Below the pieces are notes generated by a model, which ran no database searches, was not told the DNA's origin, and saw nothing but the letters and a program-made list of their open reading frames with translations. This document shows positions 10,113 to 19,230 of a DNA stretch of 64,000 bases, in pieces (position 1 is the first letter of the stretch; each line of letters opens with the position of its first letter). Position numbers and translations under genes: made by a program. This DNA is from an uncultured delta proteobacterium (GTDB lineage Bacteria; Myxococcota_A; Polyangia; Polyangiales; Polyangiaceae): the NCBI GenBank assembly GCA_963841435.1, contig CAWJCS010000005.1:576001-640000 (forward strand). Reading direction: 5' to 3'.

Positions 10113-10814
10113 ATGTCGTTCAATCTCGTTCACATTTTTTCGACGATGTCCCCTCTCAGCAAGGGCATCTTCGTCATCCTGCTCTTGATGGCGGTGCTGT
10201 GCATCGGCGTCACCGTCGAGCGCTGGATCTCGTTCCGCAAGTCGGCCAAAGAATCTCGGCTCTTCGCGCAGGGCGCCTCGCCGCTCATCGACGAGTGGAA
10301 GGTCGACGAGGTCGAGGCGCTCGCCAGGAAGTACCAGGGCTCGGCGCTCGCGCGTCTGTTTCAGGCCACCATCGAGCGCTACATCCGGGGCTTCGAAGGT
10401 CTCGAGGGGGCGCTCACGCCGGTCGAGCTCGCGCGCAACGAGTCCGAGCGCAAGAAGGAGCAGCTTGCCGCCGAGCTTCGCCGCGGCATGAGCATCGTCG
10501 CGACGGTCGGTTCGATCGCGCCGTTCGTCGGTCTGCTCGGAACGGTGGTCGGCATCATCGCCGCGTTCCAGGGCATCGGGGCCTCGGGCTCGGGCGGCAT
10601 CGGTGCGGTGTCGGCCGGCATCGCCGAGGCGCTCGTCGAAACCGCGTTCGGCCTCATGGTCGCCATCCCCGCCGTCATCATGTTCAACTACCTGACCGGT
10701 CGTGTGGCCGGCATCGAGCTCGCGCTCGGCCGTTCGATCGGCGAGCTGCTCGACGAGATGGAGACCCACCAAGGTCGGTCGGCGAAGAAGGAAGGCAAGG
10801 CCGCCGCCGCGTGA
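10113..10814 (+). CDS. exbB: MotA/TolQ/ExbB proton channel protein
   Basis: ATVGSIAPFVGLLGTVVGII, GIAEALVETAFGLMVAIPAV. Confidence 0.9.
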   Translation: MSFNLVHIFSTMSPLSKGIFVILLLMAVLCIGVTVERWISFRKSAKESRLFAQGASPLIDEWKVDEVEALARKYQGSALARLFQATIERYIRGFEGLEGALTPVELARNESERKKEQLAAELRRGMSIVATVGSIAPFVGLLGTVVGIIAAFQGIGASGSGGIGAVSAGIAEALVETAFGLMVAIPAVIMFNYLTGRVAGIELALGRSIGELLDEMETHQGRSAKKEGKAAAA

Positions 10815-10850
10815 GGCGCCGGCACGCCCCTCTTCGAAACGAGAAGCAGC

Positions 10851-11270
10851 ATGGCAGGCGCTAGGGTCTCACCGTCCAAGGTCGTCTCGAACCCGGAGAT
10901 CAACATCACGCCCCTCGTGGACGTGTGCCTGGTGCTGCTCATCATCTTCATGGTGATTGCCCCCGCACTGAGCGAGGGCGCTATGCTGGAGCTGCCGAAG
11001 TCGGTCACCGCGGATCCGAAGCCCAAGGACGTAAACCCGATCGAGCTCGCGATCGGCACGGACGGGGTCATCGTGCTCGACAAGCAGCACGTTCAGCGCG
11101 CGGAGCTAAAGCCCAGGGTCCAGACGATGCACGACGCCGAACCCAAGCGCGCGTTGATGCTGAAGCTCGACCACAACGCCCCGTACAAGCAAGTGCGCGA
11201 GCTCTTCGGCATGCTGCAAGAGGTCGGATTTCAAGGCATTTTGCTCAAAGTAAGCGACAAGAAGGAGTAG
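10851..11270 (+). CDS. exbD: ExbD/TolR biopolymer transport protein
   Basis: EINITPLVDVCLVLLIIFMV with the conserved Asp. Confidence 0.9.
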   Translation: MAGARVSPSKVVSNPEINITPLVDVCLVLLIIFMVIAPALSEGAMLELPKSVTADPKPKDVNPIELAIGTDGVIVLDKQHVQRAELKPRVQTMHDAEPKRALMLKLDHNAPYKQVRELFGMLQEVGFQGILLKVSDKKE

Positions 11271-11277
11271 TGGCGCC

Positions 11278-11706
11278 ATGGCGATGACCCCGGCCGATTC
11301 CGGCGGCCCGAAGAAGCGGCCGAATCCCGTGATCAACATCACGCCGCTCGTCAACGTGGTGCTCGTCGTGCTCATCATCTTCATGATTGTCACCACGATG
11401 ATGACCCGCACGCTCTCGCTGCACATTCCGAAGTCCGAGAAGAAGGAAGACCCGAGCGAGATCGACGTGAAGCCCGTGGTCCTCACGATCGACAAGAAGG
11501 GCGTCATCCGCGCGAACCAGACCGTGCTCACGAAGCAAGAGGTCAAGGAGCGCGTGATCCGCATGATGGCCGCCAAGGATCAGCGGACGCTCTTCTTCGA
11601 TGCCCACGACGAAGCGACCTATGCCCAGGCCGTCGAGGTCATCGACCTCGTGCGCGCGGGCGGCGTGAAGTCGATCGCGATGCTCACCGAGAACGTCGCC
11701 AAATAG
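11278..11706 (+). CDS. exbD: Second ExbD/TolR protein; Asn at the conserved TM Asp
   Basis: INITPLVNVVLVVLIIFMI. Confidence 0.88.
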   Translation: MAMTPADSGGPKKRPNPVINITPLVNVVLVVLIIFMIVTTMMTRTLSLHIPKSEKKEDPSEIDVKPVVLTIDKKGVIRANQTVLTKQEVKERVIRMMAAKDQRTLFFDAHDEATYAQAVEVIDLVRAGGVKSIAMLTENVAK

Positions 11707-11747
11707 GGCGACCGGCCGTTCGGGAGCGAGCGGCGGCGGGACGCTCA

Positions 11748-11796
11748 GGCATCAGGTCGCCACCGGCAATTTGCGTGTCCTTCACAGGGACGTCAC
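11748..11796 (+). promoter_or_regulatory. Pho-box-like array upstream of the TBDR
   Basis: GGCAT 11748, GCCAC 11759, (TTTGC 11770), TTCAC 11781, GTCAC 11792; 11-bp register. Confidence 0.5.
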
Positions 11797-11826
11797 GAAA
11801 CCTTTGCACGGTGCGGGCGCCGCGCC

Positions 11827-14800
11827 ATGCATACCTTCCGACGCTTCCGCATTACTTTCGGCGTTCTCGCCGTCGTCGTTCCCCTTCGTCCCGCGTTCGC
11901 CCAGGCGCCCGCCGCACCGAAAGCACCCGCTCCCGCAGCGCCTTCGACGCCCTCACCGCCGAGCGCACCTGCAGCGCCGGCGCCGTCCCCTGCGCCCGCT
12001 CCGAGCGCACCCGCTGCGCCGGCAGCACCGTCCGACGACGACGACATGGACGAGGGCGACGAAGGCGACGAGGTCGCGCCCGAGGGCAGCGCCGCGCCGG
12101 ACGAAGCGACCGAAAGCGCAGGCACCGAGGCCGGAGCCGACGAAGGCGACGACCTCGGCGACGAGGATCTCGGCGAAGAGAACCCGGGCCGCCCGCCACC
12201 CAAGGGCAAGGGTGTCGTGTGGGGTAACGTCAAGGACACCGAGGGCGAGCTCATCGAAGCGCCGGTGCAGGTGCTGGGCACCAAGACGACGGTGGTCACC
12301 GATCTCGAAGGCCGCTACCGCCTCGAGCTTCCGCCCGGCACCTACAGCCTGCGCATCTCGTACGAGCTTCACAAGTCGGTGCGTTTCGACAAGGTCGTCG
12401 TCAAGGCCGGCAAGGTGCAGCGGCTCGACACCCAGCTACTCTCCGACGAAGAAGCCGTCGACGTCATCGAGGTCGTGGTGGACGCCGATCGCAGCACCGT
12501 CGAAGGGACGCTCCTCGCGCGCCAGAAGGCGACCGCCGTGGGTGACAGCGTGGGCCGCGCGGAGATTTCGAAGACGCCCGCGGCGAACGCCGCGCAGGCG
12601 GCCGAGCGCGTGCCGGGTGCCACGATCATCGGCAACCGCTTCGTCTACGTGCGCGGCCTCGGCGAGCGCTACACGAACTCGCTGTTGAACGGCGCACCGC
12701 TGCCGAGCCCCGAGCCCGACCGCGCCGCCATCCCGCTCGACGTGTTCCCGTCGCTCATCATCGACAGCCTGTCGATCGTGAAGACCTTCACGCCCGACGT
12801 GCCTGGCGACTTCGCGGGCGGCTCCGTGCGCATCCAGACGCGCGAGCTGCCGACCAAGCCCTTGCTGCAAGCTTCCGTCGGCCTCGGCTACGACGACAAG
12901 GCGACGTTCCGACGCCGCCTCGCCCAGCGCGGCAGCGGCACCGACTGGCTCGGCTTCGACGATGGCACGCGCGACCTGCCGGAGGGTCTCAAGGGTAAGG
13001 CCGGTCTCAGCGAAGCGCAGTTGGAGGCGAACGCGCAGGGGATCAACTCCTACATGTCGGCGCTCCGTCAGGCATCACCGCCCAACTATTCGCTGAGCGC
13101 TGTCGCCGGTAATGGCTGGGCGTTCCCGAACGACCAACGGGTCGGTGCGCTCGTCACCGCGAACTACGGTCGGAGCTTCACCAACATCAACGATGCCATC
13201 ATTCGCTCGTACATTCCGCAAAACGGCATCGACTACGGCGTGCAATACGGCGCCGACAAGGTGAGCTGGGGAAGCCTCGCGAGCGTCAGCTACTGGCCCT
13301 CGGCAAACCATCGGCTATCGCTGCTCGGGCTGCACACGCAACTCGCCGACTCGACGGCGCAGATCGTCCAAGGGTACAGCGAAGAACGATCTGGCATCAT
13401 TGCTGACGCGGGCTTGCGCTACGTCAGCCGTGCTCTCAATTTCGGCCAGCTTCGAGGAGAGCACGACTTCCCCGCGCTAGCGAGAGCACGCTTGGAGTGG
13501 AACGGCGCACTCTCGCGCGCGGATCGAAACGAGCCAGACACTCGCCACGCGGTCGTGCAAAAAGATGCGAGCGACCCGACATCCCTCTTCGCCAACGTCA
13601 CGACCCCGGAAAGCGGATCCCACCTGCACGCGGAACAATACGAGGTGAGCCGAGGCGCGGGCCTCGACTGGACGCAGCCGTTCTCCAGAGATCCGGAAGC
13701 CTCGAAGGCCAAGTTCGGCGGTATCATCAGCGTCAAGTCTCGCAGGTTCGAGCAGAAACGATTTCACCTCGAGCCGAACGGCCTGCCTTTTCTTTGCGGG
13801 GTCAACTACGCCCGGAACTGCCCGGATACGATCTACACGCCCGAAAACATCGACAACCAGCGACTCCTGCTGTCCGAAGACACCCGCCCGGAAGACGCCT
13901 ACAGGGCATCCCTCAACGTCTATGGTGCCTACGCGATGGTGGATGTGCCATTGGCGAAGGACTTACGCGCGATCGGCGGCGCCAGGCTCGAAGTGACGGA
14001 TCAACGGCTGGAGCCCTATACGCAGTTCGACACGGGGCCGAATCCGCCGGGAGTCACCCTCAAGCAAAACAACTGGTTGCCCGCGATCTCCCTCGTCTTT
14101 TCACCCACCAAGAAGACCAAGGTCCGTGTGGCGGCAGCGCGCACGCTCGCCCGGCCCCAGCTGCGAGAGCTCGCACCGTACGCGTTCGCGCAGTTCGTCG
14201 GCGCCATGCCTTTTGCCGGCAACCCCAACCTGCAGATCACCCGCATCAACAACTTCGATACCCGATTCGAGTTTTATCCGAGCCTGCGTGAGGTGCTCGC
14301 GTTCAGCTTCTTTTACAAGACCTTCAAAGACCCGATCGAGTACGTCGTGTTTCCTTCGGGTCGCGGCATCCTGAAGCCTGAAAATTCGCCGGGCGCGACG
14401 CTCGCCGGGGTCGAGTTCGAGGCGAGGAAATCACTCGGAGACTTGGCTCCCGTGCTGAAAGACTTCAGCGCGATCGCGAATTTGACCCTCGCGAGGTCCG
14501 CGATCCGAATCCAACGCCAGATCGAGGGTGATCTGAACAACCAGGTGACGAGCCTCGACCGACCGATGGTCAACCAGGCCCCCTTCGTCGTGAACTTCGC
14601 CGTCGATTACGCGAACGAGGCGAGCGGTTTCGGCGTGAGAGCACTCTACAACGTCGTCGGCAGGCGAATCGTCGAGGTCGGAAGCAACGGTTTCCCCGAC
14701 GCATACCAGCAACCGCGGCATGTGCTCGATCTCACCCTGAGCGAAGACTTCGCCAAGCACTGGCAGGTAAAGCTCAATGCCACCAACCTTTTCGGATCGG

Positions 14801-14937
14801 ACACGCGCGTGACGTACGGTCCGGAGAACAACGATGAGCACATCGCAAGGCTGCACAACGTCGCCCAGACCGGCGGCGAAACCGGCTTCTTTGCGGACAG
14901 CCGCGTGTTTACTCTGTCAGGAGCCTTCACGTACTGA
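11827..14937 (+). CDS. TonB-dependent receptor with Pro/acidic N-terminal extension and carboxypeptidase-regulatory-like domain
   Basis: Plug motif VYVRGLGERYTNSLLNGAPLPSPEPDRAAIPLDVFPS; TLARPQLRELAP, GNPNL; C-terminal aromatic residue (FTY). Confidence 0.92.
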   Translation: MHTFRRFRITFGVLAVVVPLRPAFAQAPAAPKAPAPAAPSTPSPPSAPAAPAPSPAPAPSAPAAPAAPSDDDDMDEGDEGDEVAPEGSAAPDEATESAGTEAGADEGDDLGDEDLGEENPGRPPPKGKGVVWGNVKDTEGELIEAPVQVLGTKTTVVTDLEGRYRLELPPGTYSLRISYELHKSVRFDKVVVKAGKVQRLDTQLLSDEEAVDVIEVVVDADRSTVEGTLLARQKATAVGDSVGRAEISKTPAANAAQAAERVPGATIIGNRFVYVRGLGERYTNSLLNGAPLPSPEPDRAAIPLDVFPSLIIDSLSIVKTFTPDVPGDFAGGSVRIQTRELPTKPLLQASVGLGYDDKATFRRRLAQRGSGTDWLGFDDGTRDLPEGLKGKAGLSEAQLEANAQGINSYMSALRQASPPNYSLSAVAGNGWAFPNDQRVGALVTANYGRSFTNINDAIIRSYIPQNGIDYGVQYGADKVSWGSLASVSYWPSANHRLSLLGLHTQLADSTAQIVQGYSEERSGIIADAGLRYVSRALNFGQLRGEHDFPALARARLEWNGALSRADRNEPDTRHAVVQKDASDPTSLFANVTTPESGSHLHAEQYEVSRGAGLDWTQPFSRDPEASKAKFGGIISVKSRRFEQKRFHLEPNGLPFLCGVNYARNCPDTIYTPENIDNQRLLLSEDTRPEDAYRASLNVYGAYAMVDVPLAKDLRAIGGARLEVTDQRLEPYTQFDTGPNPPGVTLKQNNWLPAISLVFSPTKKTKVRVAAARTLARPQLRELAPYAFAQFVGAMPFAGNPNLQITRINNFDTRFEFYPSLREVLAFSFFYKTFKDPIEYVVFPSGRGILKPENSPGATLAGVEFEARKSLGDLAPVLKDFSAIANLTLARSAIRIQRQIEGDLNNQVTSLDRPMVNQAPFVVNFAVDYANEASGFGVRALYNVVGRRIVEVGSNGFPDAYQQPRHVLDLTLSEDFAKHWQVKLNATNLFGSDTRVTYGPENNDEHIARLHNVAQTGGETGFFADSRVFTLSGAFTY

Positions 14938-14998
14938 TGCAACGCCGGCCACGGGTTGAGGCGTTCCTCACCAATTGGGCGTGAAATCGTCGAACGCC

Positions 14999-15047
14999 GA
15001 CATCGATTAGTCATGGAAAAGTTACCGATGATGCACTCGGAGTCCAT
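14999..15047 (+). promoter_or_regulatory. Pho-box-like array upstream of the lipoprotein
   Basis: GACAT 14999, GTCAT 15010, GTTAC 15021, TGCAC 15032, TCCAT 15043; 11-bp register. Confidence 0.62.
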
Positions 15048-15108
15048 GAGTGAGCCGCTATGGTCCCCCGGTTCCAAGGATCCCTTGATCCCCAAGGAGG
15101 AAATATAG

Positions 15109-16791
15109 ATGACCAAGCTTCGTTCTAGTGCGCTGATGGCGTGCCTCTTAGGATTCGCAGCAGCAACGGCATGCGGAGGCGACGACAGCCCGCCCGCAAA
15201 CACCGCTGGCAAGGGCGGCACCGGCGGTTCGACCGGCGGCAAGGGCGGCTCGGGCGGTTCGACCGGCGGCAAAGGCGGCACGAGCGGCGCGGGCGGTTCG
15301 ACGGGCGGCACCTCCAGCGGCGGCAAGGGCGGCTCGACGGGCGGCACCTCCAGCGGCGGCAAGGGCGGCTCGGGCACCGGTGGTTCGACCGGCGGAACGG
15401 GCACCGGCGGCTCTGGTAACGAAGGTGGCATGCCGGAAGGCGGCACTGGCAACGAGGGCGGCGGGGGCAACGTCAGCGGCTGCACCATCTACGACTCCGC
15501 CCGCGAGGTCATGGACATCCCGACCGACGTCGATAGCAACGTGGACTTCGGCAGCGCGGACGAGATGACACTGACCAGCGACAAGACCTGGCGCATCAGC
15601 GGCCGCATTTACGTGCCCGATGGCAAGACGCTCAACATCGACGCCTGCACGCTGATCGTGGCGACGGGCAAACCGAACGCGGGTTCCCTCTTCGTCATGC
15701 GCGGCGGGAAGCTCAACGCCGTGGGCACGCCCGATGAGCCGATCGTGTTTTCGAGTGAGGACTACCATTACCACTCGAACGCCCGCTGGGGCGGCGTCGT
15801 CCTGCTCGGCAAGGCGCCGATCGCTCCGACGCCGACGGACATCACCAATGCGACCACGCCTCAGCGCGTCTTCGAAGGTATCGAGGATACGCGTGCTACC
15901 TACGGCGGTGATGACCCCGAGGACGACAGCGGCACTCTGCAATACGCCCGGATCGAGTACGGCGGTGACATCATCGTGGCCGACAAGGAGGTCAATGGCC
16001 TGACGCTCGGTGGCGTGGGGCGCGGTACCACGGTCAACCACGTGATGATCAAGCGCCAAGGTGACGACTGCATCGAGTTCTTCGGCGGCACCGCGGACGT
16101 CGACCATCTCATCTGCGAGAACACCGGCGACGACATGTTCGACACGGATGAAGGGTACACGGGCCACCTCCAGTTCCTGTTCGGTCGCCTCACGACGACC
16201 GGCACGTCCAGTGACCCCAACGGCTTCGAATGGGACGGCAACCAGCAGTGGGGGACGTTCACCCCGGCAGGCGTGGATGCACACGGAGGTACGCCGCACG
16301 CCTCGAACGCCACGCTCTGTGGCCTGGGCTCGTCGGCCGGCGTTTCGGCCCACGGTGCGGTCCTCCGACGGAACTTCGATTCCGCCGGTGGGACCTTGGT
16401 CCGCAACACCATCATCACCGGCTTCGACGACGGCTACGACGTTCGCGACGATGAGGGGGCAACCACGGCCGCGTACTTCGGTTTGGATCACAGCCTGTTC
16501 TTCGACAACTTCAAGAGCAACGTCGCGCCCGTGGAAGTCGACCCCGGGAACGATTTCGGCTTCGATGAGCTGGCCTTCTTCGCCGATGCAGCCAACAGCA
16601 ACGATACGACGAAGCCGGCTGGGTTCGACTGCTACACCAATCCGCCCCATCCCTTCCCGGACACTACCGTTGACGGCGCAGCGGCGGGAGACGGGTTCAA
16701 GACACCGACGGCCGACTACGTGGGCGCGTTCAAGGACGCCAGCGACAACTGGATGACCGGCGCCTGGGTGGACTGGTCGAGCGGCAGCTGA
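15109..16791 (+). CDS. TBDR-associated surface lipoprotein: Gly-rich linker and probable beta-helix domain
   Basis: SD AAGGAGG; lipobox ATAC; motifs WGGVVLLGKAP, YGGDDPEDDSGTLQYARIEYGG, NGLTLGGVGRGT, DDCIEFFGG, DDMFDTDEGYTG, NWMTGAW. Confidence 0.85.
   Translation: MTKLRSSALMACLLGFAAATACGGDDSPPANTAGKGGTGGSTGGKGGSGGSTGGKGGTSGAGGSTGGTSSGGKGGSTGGTSSGGKGGSGTGGSTGGTGTGGSGNEGGMPEGGTGNEGGGGNVSGCTIYDSAREVMDIPTDVDSNVDFGSADEMTLTSDKTWRISGRIYVPDGKTLNIDACTLIVATGKPNAGSLFVMRGGKLNAVGTPDEPIVFSSEDYHYHSNARWGGVVLLGKAPIAPTPTDITNATTPQRVFEGIEDTRATYGGDDPEDDSGTLQYARIEYGGDIIVADKEVNGLTLGGVGRGTTVNHVMIKRQGDDCIEFFGGTADVDHLICENTGDDMFDTDEGYTGHLQFLFGRLTTTGTSSDPNGFEWDGNQQWGTFTPAGVDAHGGTPHASNATLCGLGSSAGVSAHGAVLRRNFDSAGGTLVRNTIITGFDDGYDVRDDEGATTAAYFGLDHSLFFDNFKSNVAPVEVDPGNDFGFDELAFFADAANSNDTTKPAGFDCYTNPPHPFPDTTVDGAAAGDGFKTPTADYVGAFKDASDNWMTGAWVDWSSGS
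15208..15420 (+). repeat. Low-complexity coding repeats (GGSTGG/GGKGG linker)
   Basis: Recurring ggcggttcgaccggcggc and ggcaagggcggc units. Confidence 0.8.
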
Positions 16792-16833
16792 TTCCAGTCA
16801 CTGCCAAGCGCCCCTGATTCCAGCAGGGGCTGG

Positions 16834-16872
16834 AACGGGGCGGTCTTCACGGACCGCCCCGTTTCGCATTTT
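16834..16872 (+). terminator. Probable intrinsic terminator after the lipoprotein
   Basis: 12-bp stem AACGGGGCGGTC/GACCGCCCCGTT (16834-16863), 6-nt loop, then TCGCATTTT. A smaller hairpin GCCCCTG/CAGGGGC lies at 16810-16830. Confidence 0.7.
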
Positions 16873-16999
16873 GTCGGCGAGCCGCTAAGCGCGGGGGCGG
16901 TCGGACCGCCCGCCCGCGAAATCCCGAGCCGGGTACGGCCGACTCCCGTCGCCGCTTTACACCGCCGAGCCGATCCTCGAAGGTCGGGGTCCTTCGCCA

Positions 17000-17884
17000 A
17001 TGCTATCTCGCCTCTGGAGGTTCGGTTCCGTGGCTCGTGCTCTCTCGTTTTTCCTGGTTTCGCTCGTGCTGCTTGCCTGCGGTCACTCCGAGGAGGAGTG
17101 GCAGGCCGAGCTCGCGAAGTACAACAACCTCGTCGCTCAGCATCAGCGGGAGATGGCGACGCGCCAGGCGACCGAGGAATCACTCGGCCAGGCCCAGGCG
17201 CGGGTGGCGGCGCTCAAGGGCGAGCTCGAGAAGATGGGCGTGAGCATGGAGTCGCTCAACGAGCAGGTGCAGCAGACTGGCACGCAGAACGAGGCGCTCG
17301 CCAAGAGCGTTCAGGACATGCAGCGCGCGCTCGACGAGTACAAGACGCGCGCGGCGCAGCTCGAGCGCATCAAGCAACGCTTCGAGCTCCTGCAGCAGAA
17401 GCTCAAGAAGCTGACGGAGCTCGGCCTCAAGGTGGAGATCCGCAGGAACCGCATGGTGATCCGCCTGCCGGGCGACGTGCTGTTCGCTTCGGGGCAGGCC
17501 AAGCTCCGCCCCGAAGGCAAGCAGGTGCTCGACCAGGTGGCGGAGGTGATCCGCAACGACAAGCAGCTGGAGGCTCGCTACTTCCAGGTGGCGGGCCATA
17601 CCGACAACAAGCCGCTCGTCGGGGGGCGGTTCCTCGACAACTGGGGGCTCTCCGTGATGCGGGCCCGAGAGGTGCTCGTGTACCTGGTGACGCCTTTCGA
17701 CCCGAAGGACCCGAAGAAGAGCGGCGGGGGTCTGTCGCCGACCCGCCTACATGCCGCCGGCTACGGGGAGACCGACCCCGTGGTGAAGAACGACACCGAC
17801 GAGGGCAGGCAGCAAAATCGGCGTGTCGAGCTCGTGCTGATGCCGGATGTCGAGGAAATGCTTGATCTTAGGTCGCTGCTTTGA
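17000..17884 (+). CDS. OmpA/MotB-family peptidoglycan-binding lipoprotein with coiled coil
   Basis: Lipobox LLAC; LPGDVLFASG, VAGHTDN, NWGLSVMRA, GYGETDP, NRRVE. Start may be GTG 17030. Confidence 0.88.
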   Translation: MLSRLWRFGSVARALSFFLVSLVLLACGHSEEEWQAELAKYNNLVAQHQREMATRQATEESLGQAQARVAALKGELEKMGVSMESLNEQVQQTGTQNEALAKSVQDMQRALDEYKTRAAQLERIKQRFELLQQKLKKLTELGLKVEIRRNRMVIRLPGDVLFASGQAKLRPEGKQVLDQVAEVIRNDKQLEARYFQVAGHTDNKPLVGGRFLDNWGLSVMRAREVLVYLVTPFDPKDPKKSGGGLSPTRLHAAGYGETDPVVKNDTDEGRQQNRRVELVLMPDVEEMLDLRSLL

Positions 17885-17977
17885 AAGGTGAAACTCCGGC
17901 CGGTCAGCTGGCGTAGCAGTACCGTCATGCTGTCCGTCGCTGGCACACCCGCTTGGGGCGGTCTAGGGATCGGCGGT

Positions 17978-18535
17978 GTGGACACGCGAGCGGACGTCGC
18001 GACGCTCGAAGAGCTCATGGAGCGGTACGTCGAGGGGAGCCCCAAGGCGTTCGACGAGCTCTATCGCCGCGTTTCCCCGAACTTGATGGGATACCTCCTG
18101 CGCCTGACGCGCGACAGGGGGCGCGCCGAGGATCTGTTGCAGGTGACCTTCTCGAAGGTGCACCGCGCGCGCGCGAGCTACCTGCGCGGTGCCCCGATCT
18201 TGCCGTGGCTGTTCGCCATCGCGCGGCGATCATTTCTGGACGAGCGCCGCTCGGCACGTTCGCGCAGCGAGGATCTTTCCCCCGACGGCACGCTGCCCGA
18301 GCCGCGGCCGGAGCCTGAAGGTGTTTCGAACAACGTCTCGGACGCCATCGAGCGCGCGGTCGACGCGTTGCCCGAAGCGTACCGTGAGGCGATCCAGCTC
18401 ACCAAAATTTCTGGCCTCAGCATCGCCGAGGCCGCATCCGTGCTCGACTCCAGCGAAACGGCGGTAAAGCTCCGGGTGCACCGGGGCTACAACCTGCTGC
18501 GCAAAGAGCTCGAGCGTTTCTCGAGGAGCCGATGA
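17978..18535 (+). CDS. ECF RNA polymerase sigma factor
   Basis: AEDLLQVTFSKVH, WLFAIARR, LPEAYREAI, AVKLRVHRG; start approximate. Confidence 0.9.
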   Translation: MDTRADVATLEELMERYVEGSPKAFDELYRRVSPNLMGYLLRLTRDRGRAEDLLQVTFSKVHRARASYLRGAPILPWLFAIARRSFLDERRSARSRSEDLSPDGTLPEPRPEPEGVSNNVSDAIERAVDALPEAYREAIQLTKISGLSIAEAASVLDSSETAVKLRVHRGYNLLRKELERFSRSR

Positions 18536-19230
18536 GCGAAAAAGAGCCGCTCGACGATCTTCCGTGGCCGAAGCCGGTGGAGCCGGGCGTGGCAGTGAGC
18601 GACACGATCCGGCACCAGTGCACGCACCGCCTGAGCGGTCAGCGTTGCGCGCGGGCGCACCAGCGCGCGGCGCTGTCGCTGCTGTTGCCCACGCTCGTGA
18701 TTGGTCTTTTGAGCTGGTTCGGCGCCACGCACTCCGAGTCCGAGGCCACGCTGCGCACGGCGCTGTTCGGGGTCGCGGGCTGGGCCGTCGTGCTCGTGGC
18801 CGTGCTCGCCGCGGGCCTCGCCACGCCGCCCGGGCGCCGTCCGGCGCGAGCCGTGCGGCTCGTGATCGCCGTGATGGTGCCGGTTCTGTTCGTGCTCTAC
18901 ATCACGGCGACGGCACAGGCGCACGAGACGTTCGGCGCGTTCTCACACGGGGCGACGGCGGAGCACGCCGTCCGCTGTGGCGCGTTCTGCCTCGCGCTCG
19001 GCGCGATCGTTTCGGGAGGCGTGCTCTTGCTCTGGCGTGGTACGGATCCGCTGTCGCCGGGGCTTTCGGGTGCGTTCGCCGGGCTCGTCGGGGGGCTGAG
19101 CAGTGCGCTCGCGGTGGGGGTCGCCTGTCCGAGCCACGAGGCGTGGCACGTCGGGCTTTCACATGGGCTCGTGGTGGTGGCGATGGTGGGGTTGGGTGCT
19201 GCGGTGGGGCGACGACTGCTCGCACCGTGA
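18532..19230 (+). CDS. Membrane anti-sigma factor, NrsF/DUF1109-like
   Basis: Overlaps the sigma stop; about 6 TM helices; Cys motifs RCGAFC and ACP, plus HVGLSH. Confidence 0.7.
   Translation: MSEKEPLDDLPWPKPVEPGVAVSDTIRHQCTHRLSGQRCARAHQRAALSLLLPTLVIGLLSWFGATHSESEATLRTALFGVAGWAVVLVAVLAAGLATPPGRRPARAVRLVIAVMVPVLFVLYITATAQAHETFGAFSHGATAEHAVRCGAFCLALGAIVSGGVLLLWRGTDPLSPGLSGAFAGLVGGLSSALAVGVACPSHEAWHVGLSHGLVVVAMVGLGAAVGRRLLAP

Noticed and set aside
10113-11706. exbB/exbD/exbD as the Agl gliding motor or Tol-Pal
   Set aside because: Context is tonB plus a TBDR; no tolB/pal or gliding genes nearby.
9308-11774. TTTGC at the skipped repeat position in two Pho-like arrays as a sigma-54 -12 box
   Set aside because: The GG-N10-GC spacing is not met at either site; the coincidence is noted but unexplained.
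17000-17884. Flagellar stator MotB
   Set aside because: Has a lipobox and coiled coil rather than the MotB TM Asp motif; no motA or flagellar genes adjacent.
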